Shown here piece after piece: positions 20,322-30,914 of a DNA stretch of 64,000 nt (positions are counted from its first letter, which is position 1; each line of letters begins with the position of its first letter). This DNA is from Fidelibacterota bacterium (lineage in GTDB: Bacteria; Fidelibacterota; JAANXI01), in contig JAIPJS010000003.1 in NCBI GenBank assembly GCA_021734025.1, positions 92,332 through 156,331 on the forward strand, written 5' to 3'. A program made the position numbers and the translations under genes. A model generated the notes under the pieces. It did not search any database. It saw only the letters and a list, made by a program, of their open reading frames with translations, and was not told the DNA's origin.

Positions 20322-21313
20322 GCAGTCTCAATATTTCCAGCAGAGAAAATCAGGAATTGTTTCCCGGAAAACCCACCAGATCCCTGGGAGAGAATAACTC
20401 CACCATTGAAAGGAGCCACCGGTATGGCACCATATTTAAATGGGTGGCGGTAGGGGCAGCCTCCATTGCTGTGGCCGTGCTAGCAGTGTTGCTGTTTGAC
20501 ATCTTCACCGATGGTGCCGGGAGGGTTAACTGGGAATTTTTCCAGAACTATCCATCCAGGCATCCGGAAGGAGCTGGTATCAAATCGGCGCTATACGGGA
20601 GCATCTGGGTCATTGTATTCACTGTAATCATTTCGCTGCCGTTGGGAATTGGCGCGGCGTTCTACCTGGAGGAGTTCGCCCCCAAAAACCGGCTGACGGA
20701 GATCATCAACATCAATATTGCGAATCTGGCGGCTGTGCCCTCCATTGTATACGGTATCCTGGGACTGGCGCTCTTTGTTAGAGCATTTTCCCTGGGACGC
20801 TCGGTGCTGGCAGGCGCGTTTACCATGGGGCTGTTGATTCTACCCATCATCATTATTGCTTCCAGAGAAGCCATACGTGGTGTGCCGAGCTCTGTCCGGG
20901 AGGCATCGATGGGGTTGGGAGCCACCAAATGGCAGACCGTGCGGCATCATGTCTTCCCGCAGGCGTTTCCCGGCATCCTGACCGGAACGATCCTGGCACT
21001 GTCCCGCGCAGTGGGGGAGACGGCGCCGCTGATTATGATTGGCGCGCTGACCTTTGTTCCCTTCGTCCCGGGGAACATTGAATCGTTGTCAGATGTGCTT
21101 TCCGATCCGCTGGCGCTCATCACCTTTGCGCCGTTCGATGGATTCACCGTGCTCCCGATCCAGATTTTTAACTGGGTCTCGCGGCCGGAAGCTGCTTTCC
21201 ATGTGGCAGCCGCGGCAGCAATTGTGGTGCTCCTTGCGATACTACTCTCTATGAATGCACTGGCAATTTTTCTCCGCTATCGATTTGAGAAGAAAGGACC
21301 GCAGAACCGATGA
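20318..21313 (+). CDS. pstA: Phosphate ABC transporter permease PstA
   Basis: 331 aa permease with an EAA-like region ([15 protein letters not shown]). Overlaps pstC by 4 nt. Confidence 0.85.
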   Translation: MSSLNISSRENQELFPGKPTRSLGENNSTIERSHRYGTIFKWVAVGAASIAVAVLAVLLFDIFTDGAGRVNWEFFQNYPSRHPEGAGIKSALYGSIWVIVFTVIISLPLGIGAAFYLEEFAPKNRLTEIININIANLAAVPSIVYGILGLALFVRAFSLGRSVLAGAFTMGLLILPIIIIASREAIRGVPSSVREASMGLGATKWQTVRHHVFPQAFPGILTGTILALSRAVGETAPLIMIGALTFVPFVPGNIESLSDVLSDPLALITFAPFDGFTVLPIQIFNWVSRPEAAFHVAAAAAIVVLLAILLSMNALAIFLRYRFEKKGPQNR

Positions 21314-22116
21314 ACGAAGCGCTCATTGCCAACGAAGGATTTGACGGCGCAACTGAAAAAATGGAGAGCATTAACCTATCGGTCTCCTATGGTGATGACC
21401 CTGCCATCAGTGAGGTTTCGATGAAGGTATACGAAAACGCCATTACGGCGTTAATTGGTCCGAGCGGATGCGGGAAAAGTACTCTTCTGCGAAGCTTTAA
21501 CCGGATGAATGAATTGATACCGGGGGTGAAGATAGACGGACAAGTGCTTTTTCATGGAGAGGACCTGTATGCCAAAGATGTCGATCCTGTTGCGGTGCGC
21601 CGACGGATTGGTATGGTCTTCCAGAAACCGAATCCATTTCCCAAATCCATCTATGATAATGTGGCGTTTGGACCTCGAATTTATGGGTATCAGGGTAACA
21701 TGGATGCCTTGGTGGAAGAATCGCTGAAGTCGGCGGCTCTCTGGGACGAGGTTAAAGATAAACTGGACAGTAACGGGCTGGAACTCTCCGGTGGCCAGCA
21801 GCAGCGGCTCTGCATCGCCCGGACCATAGCGGTAAAGCCGGAAGTTATTCTTATGGACGAACCGACCTCAGCCCTTGATCCGATAGCGGCCGGTAAAATT
21901 GAAGATCTGTTGCAAGAGCTCAAAAAAGAATATACAATACTTATTGTGACCCATAACATGCAGCAGGCAGCCCGAGTGAGTGACCTGACGGCGTTTATGA
22001 TGATTGAGGAAGAACGCCGGACGGGAGTATTAGTAGAATACAACCGAACGAATGAACTCTTTACCAATCCGATAGTCCAGAGTACCCAGGATTATATTAC
22101 CGGACGATTCGGCTAA
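21310..22116 (+). CDS. pstB: Phosphate ABC transporter ATP-binding protein PstB
   Basis: 268 aa. Walker [10 protein letters not shown], signature LSGGQQQR and Walker [12 protein letters not shown]. Confidence 0.9.
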   Translation: MNEALIANEGFDGATEKMESINLSVSYGDDPAISEVSMKVYENAITALIGPSGCGKSTLLRSFNRMNELIPGVKIDGQVLFHGEDLYAKDVDPVAVRRRIGMVFQKPNPFPKSIYDNVAFGPRIYGYQGNMDALVEESLKSAALWDEVKDKLDSNGLELSGGQQQRLCIARTIAVKPEVILMDEPTSALDPIAAGKIEDLLQELKKEYTILIVTHNMQQAARVSDLTAFMMIEEERRTGVLVEYNRTNELFTNPIVQSTQDYITGRFG

Positions 22117-22135
22117 TAGAGCGCAGGAGCAATCT

Positions 22136-22807
22136 ATGACAAAACGTTTTGTCAGAGAACTGGAACGGCTCCGGGATCTTCTCCTGGAGATGGGGAGTCT
22201 GGTTGAAGACCAGATCAACGGGATGATTAAGGCGCTGATGACCCGGGACAAAGATCTGGCCAGAGAACTCATTGAAAAAGATAAAGAGATCGATGACCTG
22301 GAAATTAAGATTGACCAGCTCTGCGAGGAAATTATCGCGTTGTCTCAACCGGTGGCATCCGACTTGCGTCTTATTGTCGCCGGATTTAAAATGAGTAACG
22401 ACCTGGAGCGCATGGGGGATCAGGCGAAGAATATCGGCATACAGGTCGTACATATGAAACCGGTGGACGAATCCACCCTTAAGAAAATGCGGTTGGACGT
22501 GATGACGTCTTTTGTGGAGGACATGGTCACCGACGCGCTGGATGCCTTCGTCCACGGCGATGCACCCCAGGCAAAGAGTGTGTGCGATATGGATGATGAA
22601 GTCGATAACATCAATCTCTACCTGATGAAAAAATTCGGTGACGAGGATGGGTTCGGGCTCTCCGACGCCCAGCGGGTTAACCTGCTGATTATTGTGCAAA
22701 ATCTGGAGCGGATCGGCGACCTTGCAACAAATATCGCTGAAGATGTAATCTTCCTGGTGAAAGCGAAAGTTATTAAACATGGATATGAAGAATTTGATGA
22801 ATCCTGA
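22136..22807 (+). CDS. phoU: Phosphate signalling complex protein PhoU
   Basis: 223 aa. Two PhoU repeats with a conserved E/D..D...ERIGD pattern (DLERMGDQAKNI; NLERIGDLATNI). Confidence 0.85.
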   Translation: MTKRFVRELERLRDLLLEMGSLVEDQINGMIKALMTRDKDLARELIEKDKEIDDLEIKIDQLCEEIIALSQPVASDLRLIVAGFKMSNDLERMGDQAKNIGIQVVHMKPVDESTLKKMRLDVMTSFVEDMVTDALDAFVHGDAPQAKSVCDMDDEVDNINLYLMKKFGDEDGFGLSDAQRVNLLIIVQNLERIGDLATNIAEDVIFLVKAKVIKHGYEEFDES

Positions 22808-22838
22808 ATCTTTTTTGGCTTCTTAATTTCTGTCAGTA

Positions 22839-24035
22839 TTGCAGCGAATGAATCAATTCCAACCTTTATTGGTTCGGCTTCATGACCACATTCGTTCATA
22901 TTTAAATGAGAATGCCTCCTTTTGTCCTGTAATCCTCACCGATCTTGAGGTTGACTTTGATAATTCTTTTGTAAGAAATACCCTTATTCCGGCAATGCGG
23001 TGGTTTCAGATAAAATATGGTATAAACCCGGGTTTTTTGGCTTCCGGGAGGAATACCAGCGATGGCAAAATTTTAAAATCGCTGGAAAAACACTCGGGAC
23101 CATTCCGGCTCCAAATAGATAAGAACTTGATAATTAATCGGGACACCCTTTCGTCTAGCCCGGAAGACTATCTCAGGAATCAGGGATACCAGGCGATTGT
23201 GTGGATTGGCGAAGGTGGTCCGGTTGAAGATGAACATCAGTTGATAATAACACCGGAGGAGATTTCGCGCGCCGCTGGTGGAAATTATGGGCTCTCCCAG
23301 ATAATTACCGAGCAGGATTTGCCGGACAGTATTTTGTATTGCTGGCATGGTATCAACGATTACGAAAATCTACGTCGGTTTTTGGACTCTTCAGTTCAGT
23401 GGGGAGAAGTTGACGTTCGTGTTGACCCGGAATCCGGAGAGCTTATCTCCCGACACGATAGTCTCGCCAGATCGCCTAGGTTTAGTAATGAGGAATTTCT
23501 GACACTCCGGGAATCGCTGGTTAGATTTAAAAAAAATGATCGCGGCGTGAAAGTTGACCTCAAGATGGGTGGTGCGGTAGTTGCGGAGACCCTCAAACTT
23601 CTAAAATCACTGGGATTCTCCGCAGAGGAGGTATGGTTTCATGCAGATATCCAGGTCATCGGAATTCGTGGATTTAACTCACTCGTTACGACGTACCCGT
23701 ATGCTATGGTACAGACCACCATTGATCCGTTGGCGCCGTTTATTGCGGGAGTTCCGCCATTCGGCAAATGGATGTTGCGTTTTGCGAGACACTGGGGCGT
23801 GAACCGGTTTCTCCAGACGTGGAAAAGCCGGTACCGGGTACGGGTTTTGGAGAGGATGGAGAGATGGGGATTACCGGTAAACCTGTACCAGATCCCTGAT
23901 CTGGAGGAATTCCTGAAGGCCGTACTCCTGCTGCCGTCCTCAATTACCACCGATTTTAATTTTCCGGAATGGGGATATTACGGTCGGGGTTCCGGGCAGA
24001 ATCTGCAGTGGCATGAATACCCGGATCACTGTTGA
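22839..24035 (+). CDS. Hypothetical protein with GDPD/PLC-like phosphodiesterase motifs, candidate Pho-regulon member
   Basis: 398 aa. Segment CWHGINDYEN...WGEVDVRVDPESGELISRHD fits the glycerophosphodiester phosphodiesterase pattern (H.G...EN....E.D....DG.L.V.HD). Lies 31 nt after phoU on the same strand. Confidence 0.4.
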   Translation: MQRMNQFQPLLVRLHDHIRSYLNENASFCPVILTDLEVDFDNSFVRNTLIPAMRWFQIKYGINPGFLASGRNTSDGKILKSLEKHSGPFRLQIDKNLIINRDTLSSSPEDYLRNQGYQAIVWIGEGGPVEDEHQLIITPEEISRAAGGNYGLSQIITEQDLPDSILYCWHGINDYENLRRFLDSSVQWGEVDVRVDPESGELISRHDSLARSPRFSNEEFLTLRESLVRFKKNDRGVKVDLKMGGAVVAETLKLLKSLGFSAEEVWFHADIQVIGIRGFNSLVTTYPYAMVQTTIDPLAPFIAGVPPFGKWMLRFARHWGVNRFLQTWKSRYRVRVLERMERWGLPVNLYQIPDLEEFLKAVLLLPSSITTDFNFPEWGYYGRGSGQNLQWHEYPDHC

Positions 24036-24175
24036 GGTTTTTTTCGCCCGCCAATTTATAGGTGGGTGCCAGGGACGCCCAATCATTCCTTTTGATAATA
24101 GCTGAAAATTTTCTCCGCCATCCGGCTTGATAGGTTCTGCAATTCTCTCTAAATTAAGTAATTTTAAAATACCAA

Positions 24176-25717
24176 GTGCAGGAGATCTCGAAAATGCGAA
24201 ATGTGACATTGATAATTATGGACGGATTGGGGTTGCGGGAAGATGAAGAGGGTAATGCCGTCGCCAAATCCGGGGTTCCCCATCTCAAGCGATATATGAA
24301 GGAGTATCCTATGGTGCCAATCAGCGGTTCGGGGACCGACGTCGGGCTTCCTGATGGCATTATGGGAAACTCGGAAGTCGGCCACATGAATATCGGTGCC
24401 GGCCGGGTAATTCCACAGGATGTGGTGCGGATATCCAAGGCAGCTCAGGAGGGCGACCTGGCGGATAATGACACCATTCGAGCCCAGTTGAATCATGTAA
24501 AGGAACACAACTCGGCCTGGCATCTCATCGGATTACTTTCTGACGGTCAGGTACACAGCTATAACAAGCATGTCTATGCCTTGCTTAAGGTTGCCAAAGA
24601 TGCCGGAGTTGAGGACGTCTATATCCATTGTTTTATGGACGGCCGTGATACGTCGCCTACCGGGGGGAAGGACTACCTCGCCGAACTCCAGGCACAGATC
24701 GACGAAATCGGCGTCGGAACCATTGCGTCGGTGATCGGGCGCTATTACGCCATGGATCGCGATAACCGGTGGTCGCGAACGGAAAAGGCTTACCGTCTGC
24801 TCACATATGGCGAGGGCAATGAAGCCTCCGATCCGGTGGAAGCGGTAAAACAATCTTACGATGAAGACGTGACGGACGAATTTTTGCAGCCCATCGTTAT
24901 AATGCGGGACGGCGAACCAGTGGCAACGATTGATGACAAAGACGCTGTCTTCGGATTTAACTATCGTGCTGATCGGATGCGCCAGATTACAAAAGCGTTT
25001 ACGCTTCCGGATTTTGAGCCGTTCGACCTGAAAAATATGGATATCAATTACGCTACGATGACTCAATATGACGAAGAATTTGACCTGCCAGTTGCGTTTC
25101 CACCCATCCACACTGAACAAGTGCTTGGGGAAATTATCGCCAATCGGGGTTTGAACCAGCTGCGGATAAGTGAAACGGAAAAATATGCGCATGTGACCTA
25201 CTTTATGAATTGCGGCCGGGAAGAGCCGTTTGCGAACGAAGACCGGGTCTTGATCCCGTCTCCCGACGTAGCGACGTATGATCTACAGCCCGAGATGAGC
25301 TGCCCGGAAGTGACGGAACAGGTCCTGGAAGCCCTGGACAGCGAGAAATATTCCCTCATTATTATGAACTATCCCAACCCGGACATGGTAGGCCACAGTG
25401 GCGATATCGAGGCCACAACGAAGGCCGTCACAACTGTTGACGAAGCGGTTAACCGGGTTGTGGAAAAAATCCTCGAACAAGACGGAATTGCCATTCTAAC
25501 AGCTGATCACGGTAATTCAGAGCAACTTATTGACGAAAATGGTGGACTCCACACCTCGCATACCACGAATCCTGTCCCGTTTATCGTTATCGATAAGCAC
25601 AAAAAACATACCCTGCGGGAGGGGGGCCGGTTAAGCGATATCGCCCCGACCATTCTCAGGTTAATGGAAATTGAACAGCCCGAGGAAATGACCGGCACCT
25701 CACTGGTCACTGATTAA
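24176..25717 (+). CDS. gpmI: 2,3-bisphosphoglycerate-independent phosphoglycerate mutase
   Basis: 513 aa. iPGM blocks (LIIMDGLG; SEVGHMNIGAGR; metal-binding HGNSEQ). The true start may be the internal MRNVTL. Confidence 0.9.
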   Translation: MQEISKMRNVTLIIMDGLGLREDEEGNAVAKSGVPHLKRYMKEYPMVPISGSGTDVGLPDGIMGNSEVGHMNIGAGRVIPQDVVRISKAAQEGDLADNDTIRAQLNHVKEHNSAWHLIGLLSDGQVHSYNKHVYALLKVAKDAGVEDVYIHCFMDGRDTSPTGGKDYLAELQAQIDEIGVGTIASVIGRYYAMDRDNRWSRTEKAYRLLTYGEGNEASDPVEAVKQSYDEDVTDEFLQPIVIMRDGEPVATIDDKDAVFGFNYRADRMRQITKAFTLPDFEPFDLKNMDINYATMTQYDEEFDLPVAFPPIHTEQVLGEIIANRGLNQLRISETEKYAHVTYFMNCGREEPFANEDRVLIPSPDVATYDLQPEMSCPEVTEQVLEALDSEKYSLIIMNYPNPDMVGHSGDIEATTKAVTTVDEAVNRVVEKILEQDGIAILTADHGNSEQLIDENGGLHTSHTTNPVPFIVIDKHKKHTLREGGRLSDIAPTILRLMEIEQPEEMTGTSLVTD

Positions 25718-25719
25718 AT

Positions 25720-26706
25720 ATGACACAGGACGAGACAACTGCTCTCCTGGAATCTCTTCAGGATTTTCAGGGAAAAAATATCGCCGTCGTCGGTGACGTA
25801 ATGGTGGATATTTACCACCGCGGGACAGTCAATCGCATTTCACCGGAAGCACCGGTCCCGGTGGTCAGTATTGACAGCGTTGAGCACCATCCCGGTGGAG
25901 CAGCAAATGTCGCCATGAATTTGAAAGCGCTCGGCGCCGAAGTCGATTTGTTGGGCGTGACGGGTGAAGATGTCAATGGCGATGTGTTAATGAGTCTCCT
26001 CAGAGAGGCCGGTATCCGGATTGACGGTTGTGTTTCCGATCCGGACAGACCGACTACGGCAAAAACCCGTGTTATTGCCGGATCGCAGCATGTAGTCAGG
26101 ACCGATCTCGAGACGACCAACATATTATCTGATCGACACCGTGAGGCCCTGGTAGAATTTTTAAAGGCCGGATTGTCCAAGTATGATGCCGTGATCTTAC
26201 AGGATTACAACAAAGGTGTCCTCCAGCCGGATACTATCAGGACAATAATCAAAACCTGTCGTTCCAACGATGTAATCGTAACGGTGGATCCGAAATTTCA
26301 GCACTTTTTTGAGTATCGGAATGCTACGATGGTCAAACCGAATCTCAAAGAAGTAGAAAGCGTGCTGGGTCGAACCGTTCAGACGGACGGACAGATTGCC
26401 GACGCCGGTAAAGAGCTCATCGAATCTCTGGAATCGGATTATTTGCTCGTGACATTGGGGGCGAGAGGTATGGAACTCTTTGCAAGGTATGATACCTTTG
26501 AACGGTTTCCGACACAGGCAAAAAAGGTGGCCGATGTTTCCGGCGCAGGCGATACGGTGATTGCGACAGTTACGCTTGCCCTGGCAGCCGGCTCGGATCC
26601 GAAAACGGCGGCTATCCTTGGCAATATCGCTGCCGGCAGAGTTTGTGAAGAGGTTGGGATCGTCCCGATAACTGTTGAGACTTTGCGGAACAGTATTTCC
26701 GGGTAA
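25720..26706 (+). CDS. PfkB-family D-glycero-beta-D-manno-heptose-7-phosphate kinase (RfaE/HldE domain I type, stand-alone)
   Basis: 328 aa. N-terminal DIYHRGTVNRISPEAPVPVV is typical of HldE domain I. PfkB ATP motif GAGDT near the C-terminus. Confidence 0.7.
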   Translation: MTQDETTALLESLQDFQGKNIAVVGDVMVDIYHRGTVNRISPEAPVPVVSIDSVEHHPGGAANVAMNLKALGAEVDLLGVTGEDVNGDVLMSLLREAGIRIDGCVSDPDRPTTAKTRVIAGSQHVVRTDLETTNILSDRHREALVEFLKAGLSKYDAVILQDYNKGVLQPDTIRTIIKTCRSNDVIVTVDPKFQHFFEYRNATMVKPNLKEVESVLGRTVQTDGQIADAGKELIESLESDYLLVTLGARGMELFARYDTFERFPTQAKKVADVSGAGDTVIATVTLALAAGSDPKTAAILGNIAAGRVCEEVGIVPITVETLRNSISG

Positions 26707-26817
26707 ACGTACACAGGTTGCACAAATAGCGCATTCTGAGAGGGACTTTCTGCTTTGCACTTCCCTCTGTGGTGCATAATTTCGGATAAAAGTTAACCGT
26801 CGCATTTACAATTATAT

Positions 26818-28485
26818 ATGACGCATACTAAAATCATCCTTGTTTTCGTTGGCCTCTTTGTATTTCATTCCACCGCTATCTGGGGTCAATCCGAACGGGC
26901 CGCCCGATATGAGCCCGGAGACTGGATTACCTACGGTAATTTTCACTATATCACCGGTTTTGCCAAAGGGGATAATCAATTCTTTATCGGGACTACACAC
27001 GGAGTACTTCGATATGATCAGTTGTCCCGGGAGTGGAAATATCCGTATACCGCCGGGAGTGGTTTGTCCGATAGTTATGTCTTGAACGTCCAATATGTGG
27101 ATTCCAACCAAAAATTATGGGTTTTTACGCGGGGAGGAGTGGATGTCATATCCCTGGTGACCAATCGTTGGGAGCATATCGAAAATACGGAACACATCCT
27201 TCGATCAGACGTCCGGCGAGTAACGGTTCGAAACTCAGGACAGGATGTGTATGTTGTCAATGGAGCCAATCGTGTCTACCGAATCAATAAGTTCACACAT
27301 TACGTCAGGGAAATTGAGAATTTGCCCTCGAATATCGGATCGGATACCCAGGCAATTCCGAATCCGTTACCGCTGTACAACCTGAACGGACCGTGGATAA
27401 TCGATCGCAATACGAACCGGCTGGAGGATGACAATTTCCGGGAATATCCCTTTACTTCGATGGTCAGGGATTCACGCCAGCAAACCTGGTTGGGAACCTG
27501 GGGAGCGGGGTTTATCCGGGCAGATGCCACCTCCAAAGTGGGACGAGTGTGGCGTATTGGTCCAATTAGCAACGCGGTCGGAGCCATGTATAAAGATGGG
27601 GAGCAGTTCTGGTTCGGCGGAGCGCAGTCTCGTTATTCAGGGCCGCCCTCAATCGAAGGTGAACCGGGCATCTCCTACTGGGATATGGACCGGGATGAGT
27701 GGCACCATTGGCGTCAGAATGAAGAATATCGTATCAATGACGCAACTATTTATAATATCGACGGAGACGAGCACAGTGTATGGTTTGGGACAGAACGCGG
27801 CCTCCTGCATTACAGTAAGGAAAAATCCCGGTGGATGAATATTTCCAACTCATCGCTTGGATCCCATCAAGTGTACGAGGTGCTTGTTCAGGATACCTCC
27901 GTCTGGGTGGCCTCCCGATCCGGACTGTACCGTGTAAGCAATCCCACCGGGGGATTTACAGAGAATATCTCCATCCTGAAAGAGCGCATGATAGGAGTAT
28001 ACGCGTTGGCTCGAATCAACAATATACTTTATGCCGGAACAGATAATGGATTAGTTGAGTTAGATTTGGCAACTATGGAAATGAAATATTACGACCGGAA
28101 CGGCAATTATGTCCCTGCGGAAAAATTCAGTGAATTTCGGGTGTATGCTATCGCAGCTGGGAAAAACAATGTATATTATGCCAACGATTTTGGATTATTT
28201 GAACTGAATCTCGTATCGAAATCGGTGCAAGAACTCCCGAAAATCGGTATTTACGCCCGGTCAATTCCACGAAAAATTGAAGTGGGCCCTGGTGGAGTAT
28301 GGGTGGCTTTCGATGATGGGTTGGGCCAGTACAACCCGGAAAACCGGGAATGGGAATACTTCACACGCGAGGACGGATTGGCCTCGAACCTGGTTTATGA
28401 TATCGTTCCTGAAAACGAGTATATTTGGATTGCTACTCACCAGGGTGTGACGCGATTCAATCCATCAAATCTCAACTTACGATAG
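26818..28485 (+). CDS. Secreted beta-propeller protein with two-component-regulator-propeller-like repeats (no kinase or output domain)
   Basis: 555 aa. Signal peptide. Repeated G(T/L)..GL..Y blocks (GTTHGVLRYD; GTERGLLHYS; GTDNGLVELD; ATHQGVTRFN) typical of Reg_prop/Y_Y_Y sensor propellers. Confidence 0.5.
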   Translation: MTHTKIILVFVGLFVFHSTAIWGQSERAARYEPGDWITYGNFHYITGFAKGDNQFFIGTTHGVLRYDQLSREWKYPYTAGSGLSDSYVLNVQYVDSNQKLWVFTRGGVDVISLVTNRWEHIENTEHILRSDVRRVTVRNSGQDVYVVNGANRVYRINKFTHYVREIENLPSNIGSDTQAIPNPLPLYNLNGPWIIDRNTNRLEDDNFREYPFTSMVRDSRQQTWLGTWGAGFIRADATSKVGRVWRIGPISNAVGAMYKDGEQFWFGGAQSRYSGPPSIEGEPGISYWDMDRDEWHHWRQNEEYRINDATIYNIDGDEHSVWFGTERGLLHYSKEKSRWMNISNSSLGSHQVYEVLVQDTSVWVASRSGLYRVSNPTGGFTENISILKERMIGVYALARINNILYAGTDNGLVELDLATMEMKYYDRNGNYVPAEKFSEFRVYAIAAGKNNVYYANDFGLFELNLVSKSVQELPKIGIYARSIPRKIEVGPGGVWVAFDDGLGQYNPENREWEYFTREDGLASNLVYDIVPENEYIWIATHQGVTRFNPSNLNLR

Positions 28486-28491
28486 AGAGCC

Positions 28492-29769
28492 ATGATGAGA
28501 GAACTCATATTGATTATATTAGGTGCTGGCGTCTTGTGTATTACAGCAACGGCATTTGGCCAGTTTGAGTCAAAGATGCGGGAACCAGGTACTCCGGTTT
28601 ACCATACTGAGGTCATCCGCTATCCTACTGCGAATGCAGATTCCAGTAGGATTACGGTCTATGTGAAGATGCCGTACGATAACCTGCAGTTCGTCAAATT
28701 TGATTCCGTGTACCGTGCAAAATATGAAATATCCCTGGTACTGTTTGACAGGGAAGGAATCCAGGCGGACAGCCGGATTGACCGGCAAAATATTGAAGTC
28801 GAGTCATTTGAGGCAACAAATCGTCAGGATATCTTTGACGTCTCCCAGTTTTCGTTCCAGCTCCATAATTCTGTGTACAAATTGAGTGTCGGTTTGATGG
28901 ATCTGGATACCCGGAAGACAACATATCGGAAACATACTATTGATTTAAAATCGTTTGGTGAGGGCGCAGTCCAGATTTCTGACTTACTCATTGTGGATCA
29001 AACAATAGGCCAATCTCCGGACAGCACGACCAGGTACGTCCCGAACGTCACCAATATTCTTGACGATAGCCAGAAGGATTTCTACTTATACTTTACAGTA
29101 GCCGGTAACGAAGGCCCGGCTTTTGTAAAGGCAGATATTCTGGATACGGATGGGAACAAGGTACAGTCACAGCGGGATACCATTTCAGTTTCTGCTGCCC
29201 CGACTGAAGTCTTGATGAAAATGCCTGGTGAGCATCTACGATACAATCGTTACAAGTATCGGGTCAGGTTTACGCAGGGGGACGAGGAGAGCGAGCGAAC
29301 CAAAGATTTCCGGGTCGGCTGGGTTGGCATGTCGAACTATATTTCCAACCTGGATAAAGCCATAGACCAAATGGTGTACATTATTTCATCGAAAAAAATA
29401 AATAATATGAAAAACGCCAAACCGGAAGAGAAAAAGCGTCTGTTTACCGAATATTGGGACCAGAAAGATCCATCGCCACAGACAGATGGTAATGAATTAA
29501 TGAATGAATATTTCCGTCGTGTAAGTTACGCCACCGAACAGTTTGGCTCCTCCATTCGGGAAGGCTGGCGTACGGACATGGGTATGGTCTATATTCTGTT
29601 CGGTACTCCCAACGATATTGAACGCCATCCATTTGATTTGGGGAACAAGCCGTATCAAATATGGTACTATTTTGATATCAATCGCCAGTTCGTGTTCGTT
29701 GATGATTCCGGTTTTGGAGATTATCGCCTTGTCACCCCCCTTTACGACACCCACCAATCGGCATTTTAA
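28492..29769 (+). CDS. GWxTD domain-containing secreted protein
   Basis: 425 aa. Signal peptide. C-terminal REGWRTDMGMVYILFGTPNDIERHP carries the family-defining GWxTD motif. Starts 7 nt after the propeller gene. Confidence 0.6.
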   Translation: MMRELILIILGAGVLCITATAFGQFESKMREPGTPVYHTEVIRYPTANADSSRITVYVKMPYDNLQFVKFDSVYRAKYEISLVLFDREGIQADSRIDRQNIEVESFEATNRQDIFDVSQFSFQLHNSVYKLSVGLMDLDTRKTTYRKHTIDLKSFGEGAVQISDLLIVDQTIGQSPDSTTRYVPNVTNILDDSQKDFYLYFTVAGNEGPAFVKADILDTDGNKVQSQRDTISVSAAPTEVLMKMPGEHLRYNRYKYRVRFTQGDEESERTKDFRVGWVGMSNYISNLDKAIDQMVYIISSKKINNMKNAKPEEKKRLFTEYWDQKDPSPQTDGNELMNEYFRRVSYATEQFGSSIREGWRTDMGMVYILFGTPNDIERHPFDLGNKPYQIWYYFDINRQFVFVDDSGFGDYRLVTPLYDTHQSAF

Positions 29770-29821
29770 ATACGGGATAATCTCTACACTCCGCAGATTT
29801 CACCATGCGGCACGGTAAGCC

Positions 29822-30901
29822 ATGAAAAAGAAAATTGCAGTAATCCCCGGCGATGGGACAGGGAAAGAGGTAACCCGGGAAGCGACAAAAGTTCTCGAAA
29901 CCCTCACCGATCTTAACCTCATTCAGTTCGAAATCACCACCTTTCAATATGGCGCGGATCATTATCTGGAGACAGGTATTGGATTGCCTGATGAAGCCGT
30001 AGAGGAATTTCGCAAGAATTATGATGCCATTCTCATGGGATCGTTGGGGGACAGCCGGATTCCCAACATGGCGCATGCCAGAGAAATCATCCTGAAATTG
30101 CGTAATAAACTTGACCTGTATATCAACGAACGCTGGATCAAAGTCCTGGATCCCGAACTGTATCCGCTGAACTACGGAAATCCCGAAAAAGTTGATTTTC
30201 ACATATTTCGTGAATCAACAGAAGGGGCCTTCGTTGCGGCAGGTGGGGCAACCTATGAGCACACAGAAAAGGAAATTGCGGTACAGGAGATGTTGTATAC
30301 CCGAAAAGGTGTGGAACGTATAATCCGCTATGCATTCGAATATGCGGTGGACCACGGGATGCAGAAAGTCACCATGGCGGATAAAAGCAACGTGTTGCGC
30401 TTCACCGACGGCCTTTGGCTGCGAGTATTCCGGGAAGTCAGTGAAGAGTTCGAAGAACAAGTCACGAGCTCGCATGTTTATATTGATCATCTTGCATATG
30501 AGTTGCTCAAAAGGCCACAGGAATTCCAGGTAATCGTCACAACTAATCTGTTTGGGGACATTTTATCTGAGATTGGAGCTGTCCTCCAGGGCGGACTCGG
30601 ACTGGCGGCCTCCGGCAATTACAATCCCGGGGAAATAGGTGTTTTTAAGTCGATTCATGGCTCCGCCCAAAATATCGCCGGGAAAAATATTGTTAATCCA
30701 TTCGGCGCGATCTTGTCCATTCAATTGATGCTGGAATTTTTCGGGAAACCGAAGTTGGGCCTGTTGATTGAGGATGCTGTAAAGCAATGCCTCCGGAACG
30801 GACTGGTGACCAGGGATTTGGACGGCAGCCTGGGTACTCAGGAGGTTGGGGATTCACTTTGCCAGATCCTGGAAAACCTGTATAAGAACCATTCCCGGTG
30901 A
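29822..30901 (+). CDS. Isocitrate/isopropylmalate dehydrogenase family protein (LeuB-like)
   Basis: 359 aa. N-terminus KKIAVIPGDGTGKEV; NLFGDILSE and G.LGLAASGN blocks of the beta-decarboxylating dehydrogenase family. No neighbouring leu genes. Confidence 0.75.
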   Translation: MKKKIAVIPGDGTGKEVTREATKVLETLTDLNLIQFEITTFQYGADHYLETGIGLPDEAVEEFRKNYDAILMGSLGDSRIPNMAHAREIILKLRNKLDLYINERWIKVLDPELYPLNYGNPEKVDFHIFRESTEGAFVAAGGATYEHTEKEIAVQEMLYTRKGVERIIRYAFEYAVDHGMQKVTMADKSNVLRFTDGLWLRVFREVSEEFEEQVTSSHVYIDHLAYELLKRPQEFQVIVTTNLFGDILSEIGAVLQGGLGLAASGNYNPGEIGVFKSIHGSAQNIAGKNIVNPFGAILSIQLMLEFFGKPKLGLLIEDAVKQCLRNGLVTRDLDGSLGTQEVGDSLCQILENLYKNHSR

Positions 30902-30914
30902 GATGTAGTGGAGA

